From an uncultured Candidatus Saccharibacteria bacterium (GTDB lineage: Bacteria > Patescibacteriota > Minisyncoccia > Phycocordibacterales > CAYRGE01), in contig CAZTCT010000001.1 of the NCBI GenBank assembly GCA_964612415.1, forward strand, positions 71,955 through 135,954: DNA of 64,000 bases, written 5' to 3'. Shown one piece after another: positions 45,492 through 54,572 of the stretch. Below the pieces are notes generated by a model. The model was not told the DNA's origin and made no database searches. It was given only the letters and a program-made list of their open reading frames with translations. How positions within the stretch are numbered: the first letter of the stretch is position 1; every line of letters begins with the position of its first letter. The translations under genes were made by a program, and so were the position numbers.

Positions 45492-46469
45492 TTATGCAGG
45501 TATTGAACGGTATGCGTGACGGATCTCTTGCTCTGCAAGACCAGTCTCTTTCTCTGTAAGTATCGCGTTTACTAGCTGAACATTGTGCTTCTTTGTATTG
45601 AAATATGAAAAGAGGGGAGCAGGGGAGAAAAATTCAAGTACCGAGCGATCTCGCCAAAACGAAGCCGCTATCTCGTCGGACACGCGCTCAATGAGTGTGT
45701 GGTCGTGCGTTGTCTCGTATGCGCGAAGTGCGTCTTGCCAGCGAGCATTGCCTCCTATGCGAGCGAAGCATTCTACGATCTGTCCCTTTTCTGCCAACTC
45801 ATCTTCGCGGAAACGCCCACCCGATATGTAGAGACGAGGCACCTCTCGCTCTTTGAGGGTGATGTGGCGGAGTGCCGATTTTAGATTAAAGAGATCAACG
45901 AGAAGCGAGACGTATTCTGATACAGTCTTGTCTTTCTTTGTTTCGGCAAGTGCGCGGATGGTGGCAAAGTATGCTTTGTTCATGACTACATCAATCTCGA
46001 ACACCTCCTTTTGTTGCTCTGCTTGTGCTACAGCTCCTGCAAGCGCTATGTTGAGGTTGCGCAAAGTGTGTTCGGTGATGGAACGATAGAGTGCGTCCGG
46101 AGTGTATTTGCCGGAATTGAAGCACGCACGCTTTATCTCCTCCTCGGAGAGTTCTGCGCGCAGCCCTTTTACGATGGTGCTTGCGTTGTAGAAATCGTAT
46201 TTGAGCCAGAGGATATCAAAAAGTTCTGGATCTGGTGCGACTGATGTGATGAGATGCTTCGCATCGTCCACTACGCGTTCAAATGTTTCCGCAAGCGTAG
46301 CGCGGTCTTGTGAGGCGAGATAGGGAGAAAGAAATGTATCTTGCAATACTTTGTATGCTTCAGGCGCGTCTTTGGCAGCGAGCAATCGTTCCACTTGTGC
46401 CTGCGAGAGGAATGTTCTCTCAAGCGCCTTTATTCTTCCGCTTGCATATCCATACTCAGTCTTTCCCAT
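45492..46469 (-). CDS. ntpC: V/A-type ATPase subunit C (d-type)
   Basis: 325 aa, alpha-helical, in the conserved E-C-F-A-B-D order. Confidence 0.75.
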   Translation of the reverse strand: MGKTEYGYASGRIKALERTFLSQAQVERLLAAKDAPEAYKVLQDTFLSPYLASQDRATLAETFERVVDDAKHLITSVAPDPELFDILWLKYDFYNASTIVKGLRAELSEEEIKRACFNSGKYTPDALYRSITEHTLRNLNIALAGAVAQAEQQKEVFEIDVVMNKAYFATIRALAETKKDKTVSEYVSLLVDLFNLKSALRHITLKEREVPRLYISGGRFREDELAEKGQIVECFARIGGNARWQDALRAYETTHDHTLIERVSDEIAASFWRDRSVLEFFSPAPLFSYFNTKKHNVQLVNAILTEKETGLAEQEIRHAYRSIPA

Positions 46470-46470
46470 A

Positions 46471-47028
46471 TTATGAAAAAAGTATCTCTGCGATCTCCGG
46501 CTCCATCTTGTCTTTCGCGCGGGCGATGAGCGCAGGGAGTGTCGCGTCGTACTCGGTCTCTTTGCCTACAAAAAGAAATCCTCCAGAGATTTTCTTGTCA
46601 GCTTCCACAGAAAATCCCGCCTCAAACTTCTTAGCAATTTTCTTTACGAGCTTCTCGTGTGCGGGAGCGGTATGCGCAACACCCTCTTCTTTCTTGAGCG
46701 CCTTGATATGAGGAGAGAGGATCTTCTCAAGCGTGTCTTCATCGCCGGAAATATTCTCAAGCGCTTTCTGGTAAATCTCGTTTAAGATCGCGCGCTTCTC
46801 TGTATCGCGATACGACTGTACTTCTTGTTCTGCCTCAGCAAGAACACGCTCTTTGTTGAACGCGAGCATACGAGAAAGTTTTTCCTCGTGAGAAGCAGAG
46901 AGTGTACGAAGTTCTTCGTCGGTAGCTTTCTTGAGTTTTGCTACTTCATCGTTCGTTGACGAAGTGATGTTTCGTGCCTGCACCTCCGCCTCATCAATGA
47001 TCTTTTTTGTGAGGTCTTGAAGCGACAT
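46471..47028 (-). CDS. ntpE: V/A-type ATPase subunit E
   Basis: 185 aa, N-terminal coiled coil (MSLQDLTKKIIDEAEVQARNITSS...). Confidence 0.75.
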   Translation of the reverse strand: MSLQDLTKKIIDEAEVQARNITSSTNDEVAKLKKATDEELRTLSASHEEKLSRMLAFNKERVLAEAEQEVQSYRDTEKRAILNEIYQKALENISGDEDTLEKILSPHIKALKKEEGVAHTAPAHEKLVKKIAKKFEAGFSVEADKKISGGFLFVGKETEYDATLPALIARAKDKMEPEIAEILFS

Positions 47029-47036
47029 ATTCTAAG

Positions 47037-47513
47037 CTAAATGAGCGTAAGCAGAATAAAGGTAACGAGAAGCCCGAAGATGGCCCATGTTTCTACGAGC
47101 GCTGCGAGGATCATTCCGCGAGCCAAGAGAGAATCGTCTTTTGCGATCATGCCGACACCACTTGCGGCGACATTGCCGAGATAGATTCCCGCGAAGAGAC
47201 ATGAGAGTGCAAGAGGAAGAGAAGCGAGAAGATATGCAACACCAGTACCTGTGGTGATGATCTCACCACCCTCACCACCCAAGATGCCTGCGAAGTTTAA
47301 GATAAGAAACATTCCTACGAGTCCGTAGATACCCATTGATCCTGGAAGTGCCTGCATGAGGAGAAGTTTACCGAAAAGCTCTGGTCGCTCTGCTGTTGCG
47401 CCAGCGGCTGCACGACCTACGCGTTCCATGCCGATGGTTGATCCTATAAAGCTCAAAAGCGCCGCAATTCCGGCGCCGCCTACTACCAAAAGTGTCCCAA
47501 GTGTGAATTCCAT
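47037..47513 (-). CDS. ntpK: V/A-type ATPase proteolipid subunit K (c-ring)
   Basis: 158 aa, two hairpins of TM helices, conserved acidic residue in LVETWAIFGLLVTFILL. Confidence 0.85.
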   Translation of the reverse strand: MEFTLGTLLVVGGAGIAALLSFIGSTIGMERVGRAAAGATAERPELFGKLLLMQALPGSMGIYGLVGMFLILNFAGILGGEGGEIITTGTGVAYLLASLPLALSCLFAGIYLGNVAASGVGMIAKDDSLLARGMILAALVETWAIFGLLVTFILLTLI

Positions 47514-47549
47514 TGTCGCGGTATAAAAATAATTATAAATTACAAGGCT

Positions 47550-49487
47550 TTATTCGATCGCAATATAGCGTTCTTTGCGCTCAAATGGAGAGAATTTCCG
47601 CCCTGTTCCTGCGATAAACTTACCGAAAAATTCCACGAATTGCAAGCGAGCACTATGGATGAATCCGATAAGCGCTCCGATGACCAATGCAAATATGTGG
47701 CCCACCAAAAGGATGATTGCCATAAGGATGAATCCGACGTATGGGACGAGGTCATTTACAAGAAGTGCAATAAGGTTTACCGCAAAGGCGAGCGCTCCAG
47801 CGGCAAGTCCGAGTGCAAAGAGACGTGAGTACGAGAGAAGATCAGAAAGATACCCTACGCCGTGGTAGAGACCAGAGAGACCGTGTGAGAGCTTTTTGAA
47901 AATACCATGTTCATGACGGCCTTCAGTGACGACAATTGACGCAAGGGATGTGTAGAGCCACCATGTGTACCATTTTGCCTCACCGCCGACATAGCCTGCT
48001 TTGAAAAGCACGAATGCGATCAGGGCAGAGAAGAGGGAGAGCCATGGCACTTGCTTGAAGAGTCCATCAACAAGCTCGCCTTGCTTTGCCTTAGCGACAA
48101 TTTTCAAGAATACACCGAACATGATTTGGATGATACCGAGGGCAAGGGTGAAGAGAAGCACTACGATAGGACTTGTGATTGGGTTGAAGACGCGGATTGC
48201 CTCAAGTGTGTGGGATACGTGCTCTGCTTCTACGCCAAAGTATGCGCCGAAGAGAAATCCACCGATGATGGAGCTTGCTCCACAGAGCGCGAGAAGGGAG
48301 ATGAGCATGCGCATGCCTTGTGGGAGGCGCAAGAAGAAAAGTGCAGCAAGAGAAAGGACGAGAATCACTGTGCCGTGTCCTACGTCAGGAAGTGTCAGTC
48401 CAAAAAATACAAAAAAGAAAATTGCGAGGTAGACAGTCGGGTCCAAGTCGTGACCACTTGGAAGTCCATAAAGACGGGTGATTGTTTCAAATGGGCGGAG
48501 GAATGGATGATTTTTGATCTCAACTGGTGGCACCTCTCCTTCTTCAAGGGCGAGCTCTTCAACAGCAAACTCATTGGTGATATTGCCTATCTTCTCCTCT
48601 ATATCCTTGAGAGCGTTCTTGGGGCACCAGCCATCAAAGGCACGCACGGAGTCTGTACGAGACGCCGCCTGGATAAGTTCATGCTTTGTCTTGTTCCAGA
48701 ACATGTAATCGCTCATCACTTTGAGCTTAGGGAGGAATGGCAAAAATTGCTTAATCTCTGTTTCGTATTGCGTGCGGCGCTCGGTGAGTTCTTGCTCAGC
48801 CATTGTAAGTCGATCAAGTTCTTCTTGCGGTGTGCCGGATGCTCGGGGGAGTTCAACAGACTCAAGATCGTATTCTCTGCTCAGGCGAGCTACTGCATCT
48901 GCTGATTCCTTAAGAGAAGTAATGGAGAGATGTCCATTATTATCAGCAAGCTTTTCATAAGCGATGCCGTCCTCCTCTGTCTTTGCGAGGAATGCAGCGA
49001 TCTTCTCTTCTTTGCCCGAGAGAAGAAATGTTTTTGTGTGTGCCGTTTGGAAACCGTCGTGCAGTGATGCGTCAATGAATGCCCATGTAGAAAGAAGGAT
49101 TCGTTCTTCGCGCAGAGCATTTTGTTTTGCGAGGGTATCATTGAGGGACTCCTCAAGGTCTTGGAGGGAGTCAATGATGTCGTTGTAATGAAAATCTTTT
49201 GTGATACTCGCAAACTCTTGCTCGGATACAATAGTTTTGTCTCCTTCCTTGAGCGCGCGAACAAAACCTTTCTTTGGTTCAAACTGGGAGAGGAACTTCA
49301 CTGCAAAATCTAGGCGCCCACTTGCGTGGTGGATGACAGATGCCTCCTTCTCGTCCTCTTTAGACTTGGAGATGTTTGTGAGGGGGGTGAACTCTACCGC
49401 GCCCATTTTCTGGATCGCTGCGAGTACATCAGATGCCGCATTGCGGTGGACGTACAATCTGATTTTTTGCATTGCGACAGTCGCCAT
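47550..49487 (-). CDS. ntpI: V/A-type ATPase subunit I (a-type stator)
   Basis: 645 aa, soluble N-terminal half plus a C-terminal polytopic membrane domain. Confidence 0.85.
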   Translation of the reverse strand: MATVAMQKIRLYVHRNAASDVLAAIQKMGAVEFTPLTNISKSKEDEKEASVIHHASGRLDFAVKFLSQFEPKKGFVRALKEGDKTIVSEQEFASITKDFHYNDIIDSLQDLEESLNDTLAKQNALREERILLSTWAFIDASLHDGFQTAHTKTFLLSGKEEKIAAFLAKTEEDGIAYEKLADNNGHLSITSLKESADAVARLSREYDLESVELPRASGTPQEELDRLTMAEQELTERRTQYETEIKQFLPFLPKLKVMSDYMFWNKTKHELIQAASRTDSVRAFDGWCPKNALKDIEEKIGNITNEFAVEELALEEGEVPPVEIKNHPFLRPFETITRLYGLPSGHDLDPTVYLAIFFFVFFGLTLPDVGHGTVILVLSLAALFFLRLPQGMRMLISLLALCGASSIIGGFLFGAYFGVEAEHVSHTLEAIRVFNPITSPIVVLLFTLALGIIQIMFGVFLKIVAKAKQGELVDGLFKQVPWLSLFSALIAFVLFKAGYVGGEAKWYTWWLYTSLASIVVTEGRHEHGIFKKLSHGLSGLYHGVGYLSDLLSYSRLFALGLAAGALAFAVNLIALLVNDLVPYVGFILMAIILLVGHIFALVIGALIGFIHSARLQFVEFFGKFIAGTGRKFSPFERKERYIAIE

Positions 49488-49488
49488 A

Positions 49489-49797
49489 CTACGAAGAGGA
49501 AAGGGAAGAGATTACTTTTTTAATCGCACGATCACGCTTACCGATAGAGGCGGTCTTGAGAGCTTGTGCCTCCTTGCGCCCCTCCTCCACTGACGCCTTG
49601 TAGAGTTTGGCGAGATTTGCCTTCTGGGCGGCGAGCTCCTTGGCAACCTTATCTTTCAATTCGGTCTCTGTGTCAACAAGGCGAGTTTTCTCCGTTTTCT
49701 GGGTTTTCTCAAGAGTATTTGTCGCGTCGGCCTTGGCTTTCTCGATGATAGAGCGGGCTTTTTCCTCTGTTTTTGTGATTTCGTTTAGGTAACTCAT
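49489..49797 (-). CDS. V/A-type ATPase small coiled-coil subunit (G/H-like)
   Basis: Approximately 102 aa from the internal ATG (MSYLNEITKTEEKARSIIEKAKADA...), K/E-rich helix. First gene of the operon. Confidence 0.65.
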   Translation of the reverse strand: MSYLNEITKTEEKARSIIEKAKADATNTLEKTQKTEKTRLVDTETELKDKVAKELAAQKANLAKLYKASVEEGRKEAQALKTASIGKRDRAIKKVISSLSSS

Positions 49798-49877
49798 AGT
49801 GATGTAAGCCAAACTATAGCATTGAGGATGCTTTTCTTCAATTATTGGCGCGTAGGGGGGGGGAGGGGTTGATTTGG

Positions 49878-49905
49878 TTGACAATCATATCTCACCCGCT
49901 ATACT
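49878..49905 (+). promoter_or_regulatory. sigma-70-like promoter TTGACA-16-TATACT in the divergent region upstream of the V-ATPase operon
   Basis: TTGACA at 49878..49883, TATACT at 49900..49905. Confidence 0.4.
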
Positions 49906-50003
49906 TTCTTTGAGACTTGGTATGTGCCAAGTTTTTTCAATTACTAGTGTCTCTGGCCATTCTGTTTCAGTTGTGCTTTGGCTAGGGATGTAACTATCCA
50001 ACT

Positions 50004-50102
50004 ATGGACCAAGACGATACACAGAAGGATGAAGGGATGACCACTGAAGAGGAGACCACTTCTTCAGAGGAAACTTCCACCGAAGGAGAGGCTGCGATGT
50101 AA
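50004..50102 (+). CDS. 32-aa highly acidic micro-protein (MDQDDTQKDEGMTTEEETTSSEETSTEGEAAM)
   Basis: ATG with AGGGA 15 nt upstream. It has its own upstream promoter and a terminator at 50134..50168. Confidence 0.3.
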   Translation: MDQDDTQKDEGMTTEEETTSSEETSTEGEAAM

Positions 50103-50133
50103 ATCAAAGCTCTCTAGTTATAAAAGAGACACC

Positions 50134-50168
50134 AACACCCGCGCCTAGGCGCGGGTGTTGTTTTTTTG
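50134..50168 (+). terminator. intrinsic terminator AACACCCGCGCC-TAG-GGCGCGGGTGTT + T7
   Basis: 12-bp GC-rich stem followed by TTTTTTT. Confidence 0.7.
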
Positions 50169-50276
50169 GCAAATTTCTCGTATGCTACGAAATACTTGCG
50201 GGCATAAGCAGAGCTTGTCCCCGCGGCGTTCGTAAAAAATGAGAGCACACGAGTGCTCCCATTTTGTTCCTCACTT

Positions 50277-50350
50277 GCGGGCATAGTTTAGTGGTAGAAT
50301 GACTGCCTTCCAAGCAGTAGATGAGAGTTCGATTCTCTCTGCCCGCACCA
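50277..50350 (+). tRNA. tRNA-Gly (anticodon TCC), CCA encoded
   Basis: GCGGGCATAGTTTAGTGGTAGAATGACTGCCTTCCAAGCAGTAGATGAGAGTTCGATTCTCTCTGCCCGCACCA, anticodon loop CTTCCAA. Confidence 0.9.
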
Positions 50351-50352
50351 GG

Positions 50353-50388
50353 ATAAAATTGCCGGCTTCATGCTGGCAATTTTATTTT
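50353..50388 (+). terminator. hairpin ATAAAATTGCCGGC-TTCAT-GCTGGCAATTTTAT + U-tract directly after tRNA-Gly(TCC)
   Basis: 14-bp stem with one G-U pair. Confidence 0.6.
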
Positions 50389-50528
50389 CTGTTGAGTAGG
50401 GAGAATCGAACAGGGAAGGGGCCGGGAAACGGAAGTTTCCGTGAAGGAAGGCAGGACGAAGTCCATCGGAAAACCGTGGGTTTCCGAGGAGTGAGATAGC
50501 GAAACGTCTCTCTGCCCGCACCATAAAC

Positions 50529-50557
50529 AAAAACACCCCGCGATGCGGGGTGTTTTT
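50529..50557. terminator. bidirectional terminator AAAAACACCCCGC-GAT-GCGGGGTGTTTTT
   Basis: Perfect palindrome between the tRNA locus (+) and hup (-). Confidence 0.7.
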
Positions 50558-50574
50558 GTGAAGTGAGATGAAAC

Positions 50575-50847
50575 TTACTTAACTGCGTCCTTGAGCGCCT
50601 TAGCGGCTCGGAACTTGGGTACGCGCATAGAGGGAACCTGGATAGATTCGCCTGTCTTTGGGTTGCGTGCGGTGCGAGCTGCGCGGGTCTTCACCGAGAA
50701 GATGCCGAGTCCTGCAATAGAAACCTCGTCACCCTTCTTGAGAGTGTCGGTGATAATACCAATGATACGATCAACAATGCGCTCTGCTTGCGCCTTGGTG
50801 CCGCCCAGTTCCTGGTGCACCGCTTCTACGATTCCATTTTTGTTCAT
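50575..50847 (-). CDS. hup: HU-family DNA-binding protein
   Basis: 90 aa, MNKNGIVEAVHQ...GDEVSIAGLGIFSVKTRAARTARNPKTGESIQVPSMRVPKFRAAKALKDAV. Confidence 0.9.
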   Translation of the reverse strand: MNKNGIVEAVHQELGGTKAQAERIVDRIIGIITDTLKKGDEVSIAGLGIFSVKTRAARTARNPKTGESIQVPSMRVPKFRAAKALKDAVK

Positions 50848-51005
50848 AAGAGCTGAATGATTTATCTATATTATCCTTGCTCGACCAAAGTTTATGTGCC
50901 GAATGGGTTTTGCGGCACCAAAAAGTGAGCAAAAAAGCTCGGATTTATTATACTCTGGGGTCAAACTTGCGCAATAGAGGCTCAAAATAAGAGATTTTGG
51001 CGCTT

Positions 51006-52025
51006 TCAGCGGACTTCTCCCGAAGAGGCATCAATAATAACAGAGCCACCTTTCTCTAAAATTTGTAAATATTCGCTTCTCTCAACCAATGATTTTGGTG
51101 CAGCAAGGACATTTTCGTAAGATTTCTCTAAATTAAAAGCGGATGCTCGCACCTCTACAAGTGTTGGCTCTACTAGGCGAGTTGATATGCCCAAAAACAT
51201 ATAATCTGAAGGGAAGAGAGTGCGCAGGTCGTGGATTTTTTTGCCTGACGCTTTCCCAATATCTGGGCGCCACTCGAAGATAACTGCTGGCTTGGCGGTA
51301 AATCCCTTTTGGAATCCCTGGAGAGCCTCATATTCTTTACCTTCAATATCAATTTTCAGAGCAGAGACATGCTTTATGCCATGAGAATCTAAAATTGCAT
51401 CAAGCGTTGAGAGGGGAACTGTGTAAGAATCCGACGGTACTCGCGAATCATTCCAGTGTTTGTTGACCGATGAAGCGCCAACATTTCCATTCGGAGAAAA
51501 GATAGACGTTGTATTGCCTCGGGAAACCTCATCGGGGGAGCCTACCGCGCATTCAACCACGGTGTATCGCATCGGAAAATTTTGCGCGATATTTCGCTTA
51601 AGATCTGAAGCAATACGAGGGTTTGCCTCAATGCCAAGAACCTCAATTTTATTTTTTGCTAGAGGTAGTGATGTTGAGCCAATGTTTGCTCCCACATCAA
51701 CATATGTACCAGGAGCCCATGACTGAGCAAGAATACCTAGGGCTGGTGGAGTTGTGTCAAAGTATCCATGTACGTAAAGCTTCCACCCTATGTGGTCATT
51801 AATATCTACAAAGTATTTTTCACCCCAAATTCCCCGGACTTCTTTGTGAAGTGGCTTAAAGCCCACCTGGATCCTCTTGCGGATTTCATTTGGGTCAAAT
51901 CGTCTATCCAAAAATTTTGATATAAATTTTACCCGCAGGATTATCATTCTTGCGGTAGCAAGTGCGAGCTTATTTCTAAGAATTGACGCAAGCAAATAGG
52001 TGGAATTCTCTAAAGAGTGAAGCAT
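51006..52025 (-). CDS. FkbM-family methyltransferase-like protein
   Basis: 339 aa, YVDVGANIGSTSLPLA...GIEANP and KIDIEGKEYEAL motifs typical of FkbM-type SAM methyltransferases. Confidence 0.55.
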   Translation of the reverse strand: MLHSLENSTYLLASILRNKLALATARMIILRVKFISKFLDRRFDPNEIRKRIQVGFKPLHKEVRGIWGEKYFVDINDHIGWKLYVHGYFDTTPPALGILAQSWAPGTYVDVGANIGSTSLPLAKNKIEVLGIEANPRIASDLKRNIAQNFPMRYTVVECAVGSPDEVSRGNTTSIFSPNGNVGASSVNKHWNDSRVPSDSYTVPLSTLDAILDSHGIKHVSALKIDIEGKEYEALQGFQKGFTAKPAVIFEWRPDIGKASGKKIHDLRTLFPSDYMFLGISTRLVEPTLVEVRASAFNLEKSYENVLAAPKSLVERSEYLQILEKGGSVIIDASSGEVR

Positions 52026-52071
52026 GGATCATTTTAAATACTTTGCCAGCGGGCAACTCTTTTCTTGTGGG

Positions 52072-53598
52072 TTATCTTGCGTACTCAATAGTGCGGGCCT
52101 CGCGGATGACCACTACCTTAATTTCACCGGGGTATTTAAGGTCTTTTTCTACACGAATAGCGATTTCCCGCGCCATTTTGCGAGCATCAATATCAGAAAC
52201 CTCTTCGGGGGAAACAAAGATACGGATCTCGCGCCCTGCTTGGATAGCAAAACTTTTTTCTACTCCCTTGAAATCGTTTGCGATTGCCTCAAGGTCCTGA
52301 AGACGTTTGAGATAGTTCTCTGCGCTGTCTCGGCGAGCACCTGGGCGTCCTGCTGATATTGCGTCAGCTGTTTGGACTATCACCGATTCAACCGTCTCAT
52401 AAGGGTATTCCTCGTGGTGTGATTGCATCGCTTTGATAACACGCTCGTCAATACCAAACTTTTGCAAAATGCGTCTCCCGATCTCAACATGCGTCCCTTG
52501 GACTTCATGGTCAACTGCCTTGCCGATGTCATGGAGAAGGGCTCCTGCGCGAGCGACGGCAGGGTCTGCGCCGAGTTCTTCGGCAAGCATGCCGGCGATG
52601 TGCGCCATCTCTATTGAGTGTTGAAGGACATTTTGTCCGTAGCTTGTGCGGAAGTGGAGGCGACCCAATATACCAACAACGCGCGGATCAAGATTGAATA
52701 CACCACATTCATACGCAGCTTGCTCGCCCTTCTCTCGGACGATTTTGTTAACCTCATCGCGCGCTTTTTCAACTGCCTCCTCTATTTTTGCAGGCTGGAT
52801 GCGCCCATCGGAGATGAGCTGCTCAAGGGCAACGCGAGCAATCTGGCGACGAAGGGGATCAAAGGATGAGATAACAATAGCTCCTGGAGTATCGTCTATA
52901 ATGACGTCTACACCTGCGGCCCTTTCAAACGCTTTGATGTTGCGGCCTTCTTTGCCGATAACCTTTCCTTTTATCTCGTCTGATGCAATAGGTACCGCTG
53001 TTGTCATGATCTCTGTTGCCGTTGATGCGGCGAGGCGCTGAACGCATGTTGCAAGGATGTCTTTTGCTTTCCGGTCGAGCTGTTCGCGCGACTCTGTCTC
53101 TAGTTTATGCATCCGCAGAACAAGGTCGTCTCGATGATCACTCTCAACACGCTTGAGGAGCTCTTTCTTTGCGTCTTCTTTGCTCAATCCTGAAATATGT
53201 TCAAGCTCGTTTTTGAGAGACAACGCTTCTTTCTCAAGGCGAGCCTTTTCTTCCGAGAGGGTGGTGGTGATGTCTTGTACACGGGCCGCTTCAGCGTCTA
53301 TATCAATTTGTCTTTTATCCAAAAGCTCCTCCTTTTTGATAAGGCGGTCTTCAGTCTTTTTATATTCAGCTTCTTTCTCCTTTTCTTCGCGACGCAGCTC
53401 CTCAAGTCGCTCGGCGGATCGCTTCTCAGCTCCTTCAATGGTCTTTTGCGCTTCTTCCTTGGCGGCAAGAAGCATCTTCTTCACTTCAAGTTCCATTGAG
53501 CCTCTCTGGCCCAAAGAAACAATAAAGCGGAGGAAGTATCCGAACGCGACACCGGCAAACGCTGCGGCTGCAACGATAATCAGTGCTTCCAGGCTCAT
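52072..53598 (-). CDS. rny: ribonuclease Y
   Basis: 508 aa, N-terminal TM, long coiled coil, KH domain (GKVIGKEGRNIKAFERAAGVDVIIDD) and HD domain (LLHDIGKAVDHE). Confidence 0.9.
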   Translation of the reverse strand: MSLEALIIVAAAAFAGVAFGYFLRFIVSLGQRGSMELEVKKMLLAAKEEAQKTIEGAEKRSAERLEELRREEKEKEAEYKKTEDRLIKKEELLDKRQIDIDAEAARVQDITTTLSEEKARLEKEALSLKNELEHISGLSKEDAKKELLKRVESDHRDDLVLRMHKLETESREQLDRKAKDILATCVQRLAASTATEIMTTAVPIASDEIKGKVIGKEGRNIKAFERAAGVDVIIDDTPGAIVISSFDPLRRQIARVALEQLISDGRIQPAKIEEAVEKARDEVNKIVREKGEQAAYECGVFNLDPRVVGILGRLHFRTSYGQNVLQHSIEMAHIAGMLAEELGADPAVARAGALLHDIGKAVDHEVQGTHVEIGRRILQKFGIDERVIKAMQSHHEEYPYETVESVIVQTADAISAGRPGARRDSAENYLKRLQDLEAIANDFKGVEKSFAIQAGREIRIFVSPEEVSDIDARKMAREIAIRVEKDLKYPGEIKVVVIREARTIEYAR

Positions 53599-53901
53599 AA
53601 ATACTGGAGCCCTATTCTACATTTGTGTGGCAAAGGAAACTGTGCTCTTCCGTTTTGCGCCCACACAGGGCATTGACTCAGACGTGGCTCACTTGGGCGC
53701 TTTTTGTATCTACACAGGAAGTGCGTGTTCAAATATCGTGGTTTCTCTCGGTTCGTGGCGGCATTTCTATCGTGAAAGGTGTTCAGTCCTACGGAGATTT
53801 CTATACTTGTAACCCCTACCAGAAACAACAGAACGGGGCAATTATTTTGACAATGTTACACCCACATAATACCAGACACTTTCCGCTACGTCTAGGATAA
53901 C

Positions 53902-53927
53902 AAAAACGCCCCAGAAGGGGCGTTTTT
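53902..53927. terminator. bidirectional terminator AAAAACGCCCC-AGAA-GGGGCGTTTTT
   Basis: Perfect stem immediately downstream of the clpP stop. Confidence 0.7.
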
Positions 53928-53928
53928 G

Positions 53929-54525
53929 TTATCTTGAATTGCCTTTTGGCTTGTATATTTCATCAACAATCCCGTAGCTTTTTGCCTCGCTTGCGGTCAT
54001 GTAGTAGTCACGGTCGGAATCTTTTTCTACTTGGCTCACAGCCTTACCTGTGTTTTTTGCAAGGATTTTGTTCAAATTCTCTTTAACCTTGAGTATATGC
54101 TGAGCGGTGATCGCGATATCTGACGCCTGCCCCTCAACTCCGCCAAGGACTTGATGGATCATTACTTCTGCATTAGGGAGAGCAAAACGCTTGCCCTTTG
54201 TACCAGAAGCAAGAAGTACTGCAGCGGCAGAGGCTGCAATGCCAATACAAATAGTAGCCACATCCGGTTTGATGTGATTCATCGTATCGTAAATCGCCAT
54301 TGCTGCTGTTACTGAACCACCAGGAGAGTTGATGTAGAGCTTGATGTCTTTCTTCGGGTCCTCTGACTCTAGAAAGAGCAACTGTGCGATTACCAGGTTT
54401 GCCACGTGATCATCAATAGGACCACCCAAAAAAACAATTCTCTCACGCAAAAGGCGCGAATAGATATCGTACGCGCGTTCCCCCATTGAAGACTTTTCTA
54501 TAACAGTAGGAATAAGTATAGACAT
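53929..54525 (-). CDS. clpP: ATP-dependent Clp protease proteolytic subunit
   Basis: 198 aa, catalytic Ser in [11 protein letters not shown], His in MIHQ. Confidence 0.9.
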   Translation of the reverse strand: MSILIPTVIEKSSMGERAYDIYSRLLRERIVFLGGPIDDHVANLVIAQLLFLESEDPKKDIKLYINSPGGSVTAAMAIYDTMNHIKPDVATICIGIAASAAAVLLASGTKGKRFALPNAEVMIHQVLGGVEGQASDIAITAQHILKVKENLNKILAKNTGKAVSQVEKDSDRDYYMTASEAKSYGIVDEIYKPKGNSR

Positions 54526-54572
54526 AGATGTTGAAATTACGCCGTTATACTAACACAGGATAATCAAAAGCG

